A stretch of DNA of 64,000 bases from Hormiphora californensis (taxonomy: Eukaryota; Animalia; Ctenophora): NCBI GenBank assembly GCA_020137815.1, contig CM035353.1:186001-250000 (forward strand). The letters are read 5' to 3'. This document shows positions 12,948-26,290 of this stretch, one piece after another; position 1 is the stretch's first letter; each line of letters starts with the position of its first letter. The notes below the pieces were generated by a model, which saw only the letters and a list, made by a program, of their open reading frames with translations, did no database searches and was not told the origin of the DNA. Made by a program: the position numbers and the translations under genes.

Positions 12948-13203
12948 AGAAGCACGTGACATGAAAGTGACCGACAGTGACCGACAGAAACCCACTTAAT
13001 ATAATTCTTCTAATTATATACCCGTGACCAGAAATTTGACAAAAAATGAAACAACTCCGACTAATGATCTGTAAATGTAATTAAAACATCATCTATATAA
13101 TAACACACACGGGGTAGGACTTTAATTGGTAGACACACATACAAACACACACACAAACACAAATGCACAAACAGATTGTTTGACACTACATTGTCTCACT
13201 GCA

Positions 13204-14271
13204 CTATAATTGATCCCTGAAGAAGACAAGGTAGGAGACAGCCAGGACCAGCAGACCGGGCAGGGCAGAGAGGGAGGAGGCCGAGGAGACAGCTTTGAAG
13301 CAGGTGTCAGTAGCACAACCAGAGGTGGAACATGTGTCGATGTTTACCTGGGGGAGAGAAACACGTGATCGTTAGGGGTTATAGTAGTACATAGGATGTA
13401 CATAAGATGTACAGGGTGTTCAATGAACACTATTCATGTGGGATCTTTTTTGGGACCCGGCCGGGACAATTACTAATTTTAGGCACATCAGACCATGTGT
13501 CCTAGGCGCCCCTGCCCCCTAGCTAGAGAAAATGAAAATTATTTTCGAGCTTATCTCACGGTGAATTTAGAACTGCATGTTTCCCAATATACTCACGTTT
13601 TGCAGTGATGCGAGAATGCTGTATGTTCCACAGAGGTCGTCTCGGCCTTCAGAGGTTCCACACTGGTACAGCTTACCATTGTACGTTACCTCCCCTCCCA
13701 ATTTAGATCTGAGAGAAAAGACATTATATGAGTGTGGTTATCATTCCTTTCCAACTTCGCATAACTCGTTACTTGCTAACCCTACAATACTCCAGTATCA
13801 CATTTTAACTTACGTTAGTTCTACAAGGTGGCACTCATCTTGGACGTCTGTACAGACCTCCTTTAGTTCCTGGCTAGTGTCATTACAGCTTGGTACACCT
13901 AGTAGATATAATACACAGTCAACATACATTATATATATATAGGTCCATCAATGTTTAGGACGTTCTTAGGAATATATTGCATTTTTGCCTTGCTCGACCC
14001 TGTTTCCCGCGCAATTGTAACAGGAGGGTTAGAACATTACAAGACATTTAAGATTCCAATATAATGTACATACTTACTGCTTTGTTCAACCCCTTTTTAT
14101 TTTATGTATATGTCTAGCTTGGCAAATGTACTTACTAAGTGTTGTTAAGACAGAACCGATTAATTCCTCTGCATCTGAAGTCATATCAGCGGGAAATATG
14201 GCGCACTTGTAACACGTCAGTCCGACTGATACTGACAGTAGCGTAGATATCACTGTCACTAATCTTAACAT
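13204..14271 (-). CDS. Ly6/uPAR (three-finger)-like protein, probably GPI-anchored
   Basis: Exons 14271-14136, 13898-13814, 13708-13597, 13347-13204. Signal peptide, then LTCYKC, 10 Cys in total, ending CATDTCF and a hydrophobic tail (LPGLLVLAVSYLVFF). Confidence 0.75.
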
Positions 14272-15455
14272 GACTATACAATCTCCTATACAAATACATT
14301 GGAGTTAATACATGGGAATTAATAATGGTCAGCATTATGTTTCAATGGTTTTATATTACACCAAATCCTTCAGCTTCCCACACTGACGCTCTGCAAATCA
14401 CTATATAATCGACTGTTCGACCAGAGAAAGATAAAAATTGTTCTACACACAAATTAATGGACTCATTATAAGAAACCAGCGACACACGAAGAAAGTAGAA
14501 AGAAGCAAGCTGAGATAGCTTCTTACTAGGAACCGACCGAATCAGGAAATAATGGCCCCTGATTGGCTGATATCCAATCACGTGACCTAAATAACGAGTT
14601 CTGATTGGTTGTTTACTGCTGAGATAGTTTCTTACTAAAAGAGAATGATGCACGACAGTTAAATTTCAAGAGAGCTTCTATCGAATTGGCTAAAGCAAAA
14701 TCATGCTTGCAATTAGCAGTCAAATTATATTTGCGTTATTTTCCCATGGTTTTCCCTGTTGAGGGTTGATATGTTCATACACGGAGACAGTGTCAAGCGA
14801 CTCAAGTTGAGTGCTGAGGGCAACAAAGTAACATAATATGTAAGCAAGAGAAAGCGTTTGGTACAACTGCAGTAGTAAGAAAGGTCGATAGAACAAATCT
14901 AGAAATCTTATCAGCTCTATCCCAATCACGTAAACTAGAAGATATAAATATCCTGAAACAAAGATCACATATCCCTGCTTTAGTTGATATAATAGCCTCG
15001 AGTTTTGACTTCCTAATCTTTGCAAATAAAAGCTACATGATCGAGTGAAAGATATCCTATATTATATTCCTACTGCGTTTTAACTTTCTGTTTATCAATT
15101 TTTTTTATTTGCAAATTTTGGTGGCTACTGAAATCGCATTGCTGAAATTATAAGTTGTTATGTAGAAGGTTTTACTATATAAGTTATAGAAGGTTTTACG
15201 AATCAATGTGTATGATGATCACACTGCAGGGACTAAGCCGCACTAAAACAATACAAACACAAGCTGTACAATGCCATCTCTACAGTTTATATGCACACGG
15301 GGGTGCACGGATGCACACCGCACTTCAAATATATGTCACGTGACTTGAAATAAGCGTTTCCCATTGGTCTACACACTGCCAGTTCTACACTGCCATTGGT
15401 TTTGCGAGGTAACGTGTTGTCCAGGGTAGACTCACGTGGCAACACTTCGGGCAGG

Positions 15456-15651
<196 letters not shown>

Positions 15652-17310
15652 AGAAAGGTCAGGGAATTATAGCTTGAAAAGAGGAAGGTACACCATGTGA
15701 TCTATTGAGGCCGTGGTGCAAGCTGCCTAGTGTGTGTGTATAATGTGTGCCTAACCCAGGCGTGTGTACTTGTGAAGTATTGTACAACTACTGTCTAATT
15801 CTAGGCAGCTCACAACCACAGCCGCAATAGATCACTTCATGCCTTTTGCTTAATAGTGAGTTGTGATAAATAGCTATAATTTATATGCGATATGCAGTTA
15901 ATGGCCAGTTATTTATAAACAAGCTTGAAATAAAGTATACATCCCTTATTTTGTGAACGATCAACGTACGAAGAAGATATTAGGCCGGCAGACAATATAT
16001 TGCGGTATAAGATATCGGTATGATAGGCAGAGCGGTGGGGTAAAATAGTCAAGATACACTACACGTATATATAGTACATAACGTTCTGCACGCAGTGCAA
16101 GCGCGCCATATACGCTCTGCACTGCAGAGCGTATATGGAGGTGAAATGCACGACAGCGGAGCTGGAGTGCATTTCACACCTATATTGCACGAGTGAAACG
16201 AGTGCGATATAGGGGCGCTTGCACCAGCCGTGCAGGACGTTATTGAGTATATATTCCGCGAGAAAACACTTTACAAGCAAAACAATCTTAATTTTGGGTG
16301 GTTACACACACAGAGATGTGACAAAACAAGGTCCAAACTAAGCAAAAACACACTCAAAAATACTAACAGACACTACTGCAACTCTTACACACAAGGGAAA
16401 CAACGTCTGATAGTTTGAAACAGTGAAAAGAAGAGAGAGATGAAGAGAGAGATGCGAGAGAGGGAGATTGGAATTCTTGGAAATAGCAAACAACAAAACG
16501 TGATAAGGGGATAATTAGTGAGAGAAAGAGGGAGAGTGAGTGTAATTTGACAGACTTTGTGTCGTGTAGTACCTTGTCAGTCATATTCTGTGTGTTTGTG
16601 TGTGATTAAGGTGTAAAAACACAGCGAGAACACATTTCTTACTTATATCCCGCTCCCTCTATATCTGCACGCTCCCGCGGAAGCACAGTGCATATTTCAG
16701 CGTGCAAATGGTCGCGCACAGCGGGAGTGATATGTGCACTCGCGGTATATATATCTTGTAAAGCAATATTGCTGCAGTTTCTAGTTATTTTGATCTATAG
16801 TATCGTCATGTACAATTTAGCTCTAGAAGTAGATCGTCTATACACTATAATTATTGTTAGACTCTTTTATCTGCGAGCTATTTTGAGCTCTCGCTAATGA
16901 TCCGTTATAGTTTCTAATAAGTGCTTGTAAGTGCTGCAGTGGTTATCATTTCCACGAAATTTTCTACAAGTTTATACGAAAAAGTGCACTTTATTTGTTT
17001 AAACTTAGTGATACGATATACCTAAACCGGCAAATGCAGGGTAGAATTTTTCTTAGAATCCGTTAGATAAACAATAAAATTTGGGTTGATAAACATAGTT
17101 CAAATTCAACAACGTTGCTTACTCAACTGTACAGAAAAGGTTGAGCGGGTCACTTGTTTTGCATTACGGCTGTTTAAGTACGATGTTAGTGCAAAGTTAA
17201 AATAGTACACTGCATTATATATACGTGAGCTGAATCTAACATCGATCAACTGCAATTCGATCATAGTGTGTTGCATAGGCTTACACCATTATACAAAATC
17301 TCTCTCTCTC

Positions 17311-17457
<147 letters not shown>

Positions 17458-18299
17458 TTCTCTCTGTGTTTTCTATTGAAGGCGCCTCTATATCGTGCGA
17501 GCGAGTCTGCTGTGTGTACATGTGCACGTGAGTTGAGGCAGACGGATCTGCGTACACTTCTTATTCGGATCTGTCTTGTGTTGTTATACCTACCTATTGC
17601 TTGAGGGATCTCCTTAACAGCTATATGCGGTAGTTATATCTTAGTAGTTATATCTTAGCAGAATTAGGATTCAAGAGCAAAAACAAATGGACAGTAGATA
17701 ACTCGCATCCGTTATCCCTAGAGCAGCTTTGAGCAGCAAAGTAAAGACAATACACATTAGACGATCAGCTCTCAATTTAAGCTCAGCTAATTGTTTCACT
17801 GGTTTTGACAGTTAGCGTTGTTTTGCTTTCTAGATCATGGCCCATCAGTTGTGTAAACAGTGGGTCGTTAGCGACCCTAATTAGGGTTTTGCTTTCTAGA
17901 TCATGGCCCATCAGTTGAGTAAACAGTGGGTCGTTAACGACCCTAATTAGGGTGGTGTAAACAGTGGGTCGTTAACGACCCTAATTAGGGTGGTGTCAGC
18001 TCTTTTATTTCTGGCCTACAAATTGCTGCAGGCTTATATTTTTTTGGTTGACAAACTACTATATGTATATCATGTTTGTAATTTATGTATAATTTATACG
18101 TGTAGCATGTAGTACCGGACAAAAGACCGGCAAAGATAGAACAAAGCTTAAAGCCATCTGCTCATCGCACGACTATTGGACACGTGTGTACAACTATAAT
18201 AGTATGGCTTGATTAGTTGTGTGCGTGATGATCATCGCCTGATCGGATTAAATTTCACAAATGGGCAAATGGCTCATGTTTAGTTGTTTTATATACTTC

Positions 18300-21200
18300 T
18301 AACGATGGAGGAAAAATGAAGTGTGTCAATTGTGATGTAGGTGGAAGTAGAGAGGATAAGAAGTTCGCCAAATCTCACCCAGCGTCCAGCAATCTGTGTC
18401 CATTCTATGTCAATGCCAGAGGAAGGTTGATGGAGACGACTACTGGAGTAACCAAGGAGCAAAAAAACCTGTACATGACGAGGGCATGGGAGGATCTGAA
18501 AATGAAAAGGTATGGCGGATTGGTACGCTAAATGTCCATTCGCTAATGAACAAGACAGCTGGAGTTTTGGATCACCTGGAGGATAATCAGTGTGACATCT
18601 GCCTGGTTCAAGAAACCTATCTCAAGAACTCAGACACAGCAAAAGTTCAAGAAATAAGAGAGTATGGATGGGACATTTATTCTTCTCCCAGAGCGGAAAG
18701 ATCAGGAGGAGGAATTGGAGTTTTGTACAGAAATGGGGTCAGAGTGAGATTATCTCCGACAAGGAAAACATTCAAGTCTTTCCAAGTACAGGAAGTACTT
18801 ATCGGAACGGGTGAAGGTATGGTTCGATTGTGTAATATCTATCGTCCTCCTTACACTGGAAAGGCACGGTTTACTGCTGCTTCGTTTCTTGAGGAATTTG
18901 TGGACTACTTAGCTGATGTTAACCTGCGGACTGGGTCCCCTGTCTTGATGGGTGATTTCAATTTCCAAGTACAAGACCTCTCTGACTTTTATGCAGAGAA
19001 GTTCCTAAAGCTCCTTGATTCTTTTGGGCTGGAGCAACTCACTCCATGTCAGCCGACCCACACCAGAGGTGGAACGCTTGATCTGGTGATCTGGCAGAGT
19101 GATATCAAAACGAAGTTTCGATCTGTGGAAATACTGAAGGATGGTACTGAATCAGACCATTATATGGTTCTGAGTGAACTGGTCACTAAAACTGAGGATG
19201 TGGATTTTCGAAGCAAGCAACAAATTGACATGTACAGAGACTTTAAATCTGTGGATCCTGAACTGTTCAGGAAAGCATTGCGGAACCTTGGACTAGAGGA
19301 TCTTCTTGTAGCTGAATCACCCGAGGAAAACTTCCAGATCTATGAGAGGACTCTTGGCAACCTTGTGGAGAAATCTGTTGAACTCAAGAAAAGACGAAGA
19401 GGGAAGAAGTTAAGGCCGTGGAGAGAAGATGAAAGTGTCAAAGACGTGCTGAAACTACGCAGACGTGCTGAGAGGGCTTGGCGGAAGAACAAGACTCCGA
19501 TACGGAAAGCCCAGTTGAATGACTTGAAGAGACAGTTTGGAAAAGTGGACAAGGACGCGAGGATTGGTTTCAACAAGAAAAATCTAGAGGAGTCAAAAGG
19601 TGATCCTAAAGTTTTGCAACGGAAGGTTAACCGCCTCCTGGGCAAAGCTGAGAGTATCCTACCGGAATCTGGTAATGATGGAAAGCTAGCAGAGGACTTC
19701 GCGGAATTTTTCAGTAGTAAAGTGGATAAGATCCGTACATCAGTGTTTGAGGAACAAAGTGATCTGGAGGATGGAGAGGCTCTGAGGACTGATCCGGAAT
19801 GCAAGCTTGCTCAGTTTGAGGAGGTGTCTGTGGAATACATCAAGGGCCTTATCAAGGATATGCCGGACAAGACATGTGATCTGGATATCATCCCCACTTG
19901 GTTGGTGAAGGGATGTATTCATGAATTCGCCCCGTGGATTACTACGCTGGTTAATGGATCTATTAGGAGTTCGACTGTTCCAGAGGCGTTCCAGCAAGCC
20001 CTAGTGTTTCCTACGATAAAGAATGCTCAAGGTGACCGTGATAGTTTGCAGAACTATCGGCCAGTGTCAAACCTGCTGTTTATCTCGAAGGTTCTCGAGA
20101 AGGTAGTATTGGATCAATTGACCTGCTACCTGGAGGATAACAGCCTACTGAACAAGAACCAATCAGGATATAGGGTTGGCCATAGTTGTGAAACCTTGTT
20201 AACCGGTATGTTTGAGGATCTACTTGAGGAAATGGATAGAGGAAATGTCATGGCACTTCTTTTACTGGACATGAGTGCTGCATTCGACACCGTTGACCAC
20301 ACTAAGCTGGTCCAAGTGTTGAATAGTCGGTTTGGAATCTGTGGAGCAGCGCTCAATTGGTTTGAGAGCTACCTTGGAAGCAGAAGCTACAGAGTTAATG
20401 TTCGAGGAAAACTCTCTGGAATTGTCAAGCTAGTATGTGGTGTCCCACAGGGTTCTCTGTTGGGACCTGTCTTGTTCCTGCTGTATGTGGAGGAACTCCA
20501 AGACCTTGTTGAACAGTATGGGCTGAGGATAAAACTGTATGCTGATGACTCACAGTTATATATGAGTCTGGTTCCTCATGATGATGAAGGATGGCTAGCA
20601 GTGAAAGGTAATGCTGAGGATTGTTTAAAGGAGGTGAAGGATTGGATGGTGAAGCACTGGCTGAGGTGTAATGAGGCCAAAACGGAGCTATTGTTACTTG
20701 GAAAGAGTGGAGCTCTAGAGAAGCTAGCCTATGAACCCTCAATTGTTTTTGGAGGCACGGAAATCTTTCCAGTGGATTTTAAAGGAACTACAGGTAAAAC
20801 CCTTGGTGTCTACCTTGACAGCCAACTCACTATGGAACGACAGGTTAACAGTGTCAAGAGACAGTGTGGTATGATCCTGAGGAACCTTTGGCAGATCAAT
20901 CGATGTTTGGACCAGTCTATGAAGATCCTCCTTGTCAAACAGTTAGTTATTTCGAGGTTGGACTACTGTAACATACTGTATTGTGGACTCCCGAAGAAAC
21001 ACATCAACAGCCTACAGAAAACACTCAACTCTTGTGTTCGGTTCGTCTATGGTCTACACGGACATCAAGATGATTATGCTCCCTACCTGAAGGAAATGCA
21101 TGTCCTTCCTATTGAACAGAGGATTGTGTTCAAGGCATGTCTTACAGCTTATAAGGTCGTTCATCGAACTGCTCCAGATTATCTAGCCGACAAAGTGCCA

Positions 21201-21811
21201 GCGTGTGAGGATGTGGATAGCTTGCGTTTTACCAGAGCCAATGCTGTTCCGGATGAGTTCAGGCTCCAGTACCCGAAACTCTCAAGTGTCAACGCTAATT
21301 CTAAATTGAGGAGAAGGCGACCTTCTGTATTTCTACCCAGTCTGTGGAACGAACTTCCTTTGGACATCAGATCTCTTCTGTCTGTTGATTCCTTCAAGAC
21401 AAGACTTAAGACCCGACTCTTCACTGAGGCTTATGGCGTAAGTACTTCCTGAAGGCTTGTATCAGTTTTTATCTCCAGTGTGTTTGGAACAGTTGTATCG
21501 GTTTTTATATTAAGCATTTTTTGAGGGTTTGAAGCACGAGTGGACAGAGTGTGAAGCAGTGTGAATTTTGTATACCAAGGATTCTTTTTGGACAGTTTAT
21601 CATTATATGTCAGTTATTTTCTTCAGTTTTTTCCCACGATATGTGAGCCGTTGTAAGTCAGTTATATTCCATTATGGTCTTGATAGAGTAAATTTTTTCC
21701 CTAGCTTTGTATCCCGCTCTGATTGTCTTTCAGTGGCAGCAGTTATCTCTTGATCTGTTGCCCCTGGAGGATATGGGCGGAATATAAGCACGTCTATTAT
21801 TATTATTATTA
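18300..21811 (+). mobile_element. 5'-truncated non-LTR retrotransposon (L2/CR1 group) with ORF1 remnant, intact ORF2, 3' UTR and (TAT)n tail
   Basis: ORF1 C-terminus with CVNC...HPASSNLCPFY knuckle (18316-18531), ORF2 with EN+RT, and TATTATTATTATTATT at ~21795-21810. No TSD recognised; 5' boundary approximate. Confidence 0.9.
18486..21452 (+). CDS. LINE ORF2: APE endonuclease + reverse transcriptase
   Basis: Endonuclease motifs LNVHSL, LVQET, IYRPP, GDFN, TLDL, SDH. RT motifs NYRPVSNL, QSGYR, LLDMSAAFDTVDH, PQGSLLGP, YADDSQLY. Frame is open from 18396; first ATG at 18486. Confidence 0.95.
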   Translation: MGGSENEKVWRIGTLNVHSLMNKTAGVLDHLEDNQCDICLVQETYLKNSDTAKVQEIREYGWDIYSSPRAERSGGGIGVLYRNGVRVRLSPTRKTFKSFQVQEVLIGTGEGMVRLCNIYRPPYTGKARFTAASFLEEFVDYLADVNLRTGSPVLMGDFNFQVQDLSDFYAEKFLKLLDSFGLEQLTPCQPTHTRGGTLDLVIWQSDIKTKFRSVEILKDGTESDHYMVLSELVTKTEDVDFRSKQQIDMYRDFKSVDPELFRKALRNLGLEDLLVAESPEENFQIYERTLGNLVEKSVELKKRRRGKKLRPWREDESVKDVLKLRRRAERAWRKNKTPIRKAQLNDLKRQFGKVDKDARIGFNKKNLEESKGDPKVLQRKVNRLLGKAESILPESGNDGKLAEDFAEFFSSKVDKIRTSVFEEQSDLEDGEALRTDPECKLAQFEEVSVEYIKGLIKDMPDKTCDLDIIPTWLVKGCIHEFAPWITTLVNGSIRSSTVPEAFQQALVFPTIKNAQGDRDSLQNYRPVSNLLFISKVLEKVVLDQLTCYLEDNSLLNKNQSGYRVGHSCETLLTGMFEDLLEEMDRGNVMALLLLDMSAAFDTVDHTKLVQVLNSRFGICGAALNWFESYLGSRSYRVNVRGKLSGIVKLVCGVPQGSLLGPVLFLLYVEELQDLVEQYGLRIKLYADDSQLYMSLVPHDDEGWLAVKGNAEDCLKEVKDWMVKHWLRCNEAKTELLLLGKSGALEKLAYEPSIVFGGTEIFPVDFKGTTGKTLGVYLDSQLTMERQVNSVKRQCGMILRNLWQINRCLDQSMKILLVKQLVISRLDYCNILYCGLPKKHINSLQKTLNSCVRFVYGLHGHQDDYAPYLKEMHVLPIEQRIVFKACLTAYKVVHRTAPDYLADKVPACEDVDSLRFTRANAVPDEFRLQYPKLSSVNANSKLRRRRPSVFLPSLWNELPLDIRSLLSVDSFKTRLKTRLFTEAYGVSTS

Positions 21812-21957
21812 CACGTGATGCAGCAATATTCATACTCAGCATCAGGAATTAATGAATTCTTGTGTCTCACTATATATTCTTATATCACAAAATGCAATAT
21901 TATCTTGTAGCCTGAGCAATAATATGAGTGTGTGTAAATATATCAGTTACTCGGTTA

Positions 21958-22211
21958 GGGGAAACTCTAACTGAATGGACGCGCAGTAATGGCAGCCCAT
22001 CAACTGTAAAAATCTAACTGATAATGGGAGCCATCACTCTGGGCGCGCCATGATTTGCCACATTCTGCTCGTAAAAAAGGCCTTTACGTAGCGCGCAATG
22101 ACAAACACACGGACATTGTCGCGCGTTCTGTCCATCATTCCTTCCATCCAGTTAGATTTTTACGGTTGATGGGACGCCATTACTGCGCGTCCATTCAATT
22201 AGAGTTTCCCC
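21958..22211. mobile_element. PIF/Harbinger-like MITE
   Basis: ~63-bp imperfect TIRs GGGGAAACTCTAA... / ...TTAGAGTTTCCCC with TTA on both sides. Confidence 0.75.
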
Positions 22212-22268
22212 TTACTAAGTTTAGTTAGTCTAGAGTGTGTGAAGAGAAAAAAAAGAGAGAGAGAGAGA

Positions 22269-22395
<127 letters not shown>

Positions 22396-22569
22396 AGAGA
22401 GATCACTATATAGATACATTTTTAGGTTCCTTACTAATTATATACTCCACTAATGTATCCCGTGTGATATTATGCACATTACTCACCACATGGCACATGT
22501 GGACCTTATGTTTCCCCCAGTTGTTTGCTATGTCTACACCTACATTAGATGTAGCTTGTATTATAGAAG

Positions 22570-22965
22570 AATTGTACAGTACACATTAAATTGTACAGTA
22601 CACACTAAATTGTACAGTACACACTAAATTGTACATTACACACTAAATTGTACAGTACACACTAAATTGTACAGTACACACTAAATTGTACAGTACACAC
22701 TAAATTGTACAGTACACACTAAATTGTACAGTACACACTAAATTGTACAGTACACACTAAATTGTACAGTACACACTAAATTGTACAGTACACACTAAAT
22801 TGTACAGTACACACTAAATTGTACAGTACACACTAAATTGTACAGTACACACTAAATTGTACAGTACACACTAAATTGTACAGTACACACTAAATTGTAC
22901 AGTACACACTAAATTGTACAGTACACACTAAATTGTACAGTACACACTAAATTGTACAGTACACA
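22570..22965. repeat. 19-bp minisatellite (AAATTGTACAGTACACACT), ~21 copies
   Basis: Directly visible. Confidence 0.95.
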
Positions 22966-23228
22966 GTGTGTGTACTACACACTAAGTCTACCATAAACTC
23001 CTAAAGGTTGATTCAACCTGGTTGAATGTTTTGAAAATGGAAATATGAAATGTAATTGAGAGTGCTTGTGAGCTGGTCTAGAAAGTGAATTGTTGTATTT
23101 GTGCATGTTAACTTGTTATAATACTGTGCTTGTGTACATGTAAAGCATGTAAAACATGTAATGTATACGATCCTAAAAGTATTTCGAAATTGGTCGCTCG
23201 AGCCAGAAGAAACTAATATATAACTTAA

Positions 23229-24532
23229 GGGTACACCTGGCTTTTTTCATCATCGAGTGCCCAACCAAATGACTTCACCAGGGTTTAGGCCATACAAAAT
23301 GGACCTCAAATATGCAATTTTAGCCCTAAAGTCGAATTCATATTTTTGCTACAGCCTATTTTCAAAGTGGCGTTTTTTCAATTTTTGTTGAAATTTTTAA
23401 CCTCAGGACCACTTTTTTTGAGATAGAAACATTAAATTCTTGGAATTTGAAGAGAATATAAAGGTGAATAAGCCCAAAGAAGGATTTTTGAAATGGAGCT
23501 TATTTCTGGCCATGAGAACGGTTTACTTTTTTGCTTCTTTGACACGCTGGCTGAGAATGTTCCCATGCTTCATTAGAGATGAAAATCTGGAAATAGTTGC
23601 TCAAAACGATTATCTATGTGGCCCAAAAATTTTGGAACTTTCCCGCCAAAGATGTGGTGTACAGAGCTTTTTTTGTGAAACCTGTCTTTTTGAAAAAGAG
23701 GGAAATTCCCTGTATCTCAAAAACGGATGATCGTAGAGACCTGGGACCGAGCTTAATCGATTCAGAAGGTTCGATTTTGGGGGGGTCTTCTGAGAGACAT
23801 TTTGCTCCTACTCCAACCGTTTTTGCTGTAATTGCGAAAAAGGTATCAGCAAGTAAGGGGGAAATCAGCCCGAAGCAGGCTACTGGAATAGAGTTGTTTC
23901 CCCTTTTCATAGAATTGGTTTTTTTGCAATTACAGCAAAATCGGTTGGAGTAGGAGCAAAATGTCTCTCAGAAGACCCCCCCAAAATCGAACCTTCTGAA
24001 TCGATTAAGCTCGGTCCCAGGTCTCTACGATCATCCGTTTTTGAGATACAGGGAATTTCCCTCTTTTTCAAAAAGACAGGTTTCACAAAAAAAGCTCTGT
24101 ACACCACATCTTTGGCGGGAAAGTTCCAAAATTTTTGGGCCACATAGATAATCGTTTTGAGCAACTATTTCCAGATTTTCATCTCTAATGAAGCATGGGA
24201 ACATTCTCAGCCAGCGTGTCAAAGAAGCAAAAAAGTAAACCGTTCTCATGGCCAGAAATAAGCTCCATTTCAAAAATCCTTCTTTGGGCTTATTCACCTT
24301 TATATTCTCTTCAAATTCCAAGAATTTAATGTTTCTATCTCAAAAAAAGTGGTCCTGAGGTTAAAAATTTCAACAAAAATTGAAAAAACGCCACTTTGAA
24401 AATAGGCTGTAGCAAAAATATGAATTCGACTTTAGGGCTAAAATTGCATATTTGAGGTCCATTTTGTATGGCCTAAACCCTGGTGAAGTCATTTGGTTGG
24501 GCACTCGATGATGAAAAACGCCAGGTGTACCC
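23229..24532. mobile_element. Foldback TTAA element, copy 2 (spacer in opposite orientation to copy 1)
   Basis: Same termini and TTAA flanks as 6302-7604; near-identical sequence. Confidence 0.85.
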
Positions 24533-25968
24533 TTAAATTATATATAACTAGCGCACCCATTGGGTGCGCCTCAAGTAAGGGCTTTTTGATAACCCACCCG
24601 GCTTCGCCGGGCGGTTCTTTTCGCCCCTTTCAACGTCAATAACACGGTTGCCATGACAACTGAGTTGGTAACTATGGAGACTGGCATGTTAAAAGTTATT
24701 CGAAAATATTAACAAACTTCCACTGAAGTTCCAAAAGTGTAAACAACAGCTTTACAGCTTTGGTCACTTAAAGTGTTTTATGAAGGAGCAGACTGTCGCT
24801 TAGATACCGCTGAACGAACGACTTCGACGACGTTCATCTCCAAATTATAATAGAGATTAATGGTACACAAACTGGTACACAAACTAGGGTACACAAACTA
24901 CCGATTTATTTCTAGATTGATACGATACAGAGCAAAATGTACAACTCCAGCCACTCTGTTTGTGATATCTCTTTTTACTTCCCTCGAACCACGATCATCA
25001 TGCACTTAAGATACAGCTCGATTTTACCAATTGATGAATCACTCAATGTTGTCTTTAGCGATGATGTATTGTTTGTCTTGTTCCCCTGACACCTTGATAC
25101 ATGCGGCGTGATCAAGATGTTGATACTTCTTTATTACAACATTGGAATTTGGGCCGGGGCCAAGGCCAGAAAAGCAAAATCCGCCCTAAAATCGAAAATT
25201 GGCCCGGCTTTTTTGCAGAGCATGGCCAAATATGTTTGCCTTTTTTCTTGATAATTTTTGGTTTTTTATGGCCTAATTGCTTTTTGACCGGGCTTTTTTG
25301 ATCGGATTTTTATGATCTGGCTTTTTCGGCTTTTCATACATGAAAAGACCAATTTTTAAGGCTTATTGGTAAATTTAAAATAACCCAAAAAAGAAGGGCC
25401 AAAAAAGCCAACCCCACCCTAAATCCGGGATTGATCTGGCTTCCCTCCCCAATGTGCATTCATTGACGTGTTGTTGATAAGCTTTAATCAGATTATAGCT
25501 CATGTAATAGTTACCTGTTTTTATTTTGATAATAACCCGTATAACTAGCTGAGATGAATCATGTACATTTCCTCATTAATCTAAGTTTGGCATAATTGTG
25601 TGTTAATTTATCTAATCTTTGACCATCTAATAGATGATCTATAGGTGATGAATTGATATATTATCTTCTACATATGAATAAATCAGCACCAATCAATCAG
25701 TGGGTCCCTATTGCCTGGCTAGACTGTGTTTCGGGCGCCCCGCACCTACCTTTACAAATGTAAAGGGAGGGTTAGAACATAACAAGGTTCCTATTGCCCC
25801 AGGATAGGATCTCTGTCATCATACATGTATCTGTATAATACCTTTATTTTAGCTTGTACCTAATCCGTGGCTTGTTAATGTTATACACACAGAGTGACGC
25901 AGATTGCTGTGATCTCATTTCTCACTGCCACTACCGCCCTTGATTTGTGTATGTTTCAACAAGGAAAG

Positions 25969-26042
<74 letters not shown>

Positions 26043-26192
26043 AGACAAAAAGAGAGGGAATTAGCGCTAGCTGCGAGGTGGTAAAAATAGGACCGTGTCA
26101 GCAGCTGTGGGAGCAAGCTGGTTTGTTCAACACAAGCTTTTTGCCAACTATCTATAAACTATAATCTCTTTCTCTCTCTCTCTCTCCTTCTC

Positions 26193-26290
<98 letters not shown>

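Noticed and set aside
24545-24616. Possible Helitron end (CTAG next to GC hairpins)
   Set aside because: The other terminus and further copies are not identifiable; too weak to call.
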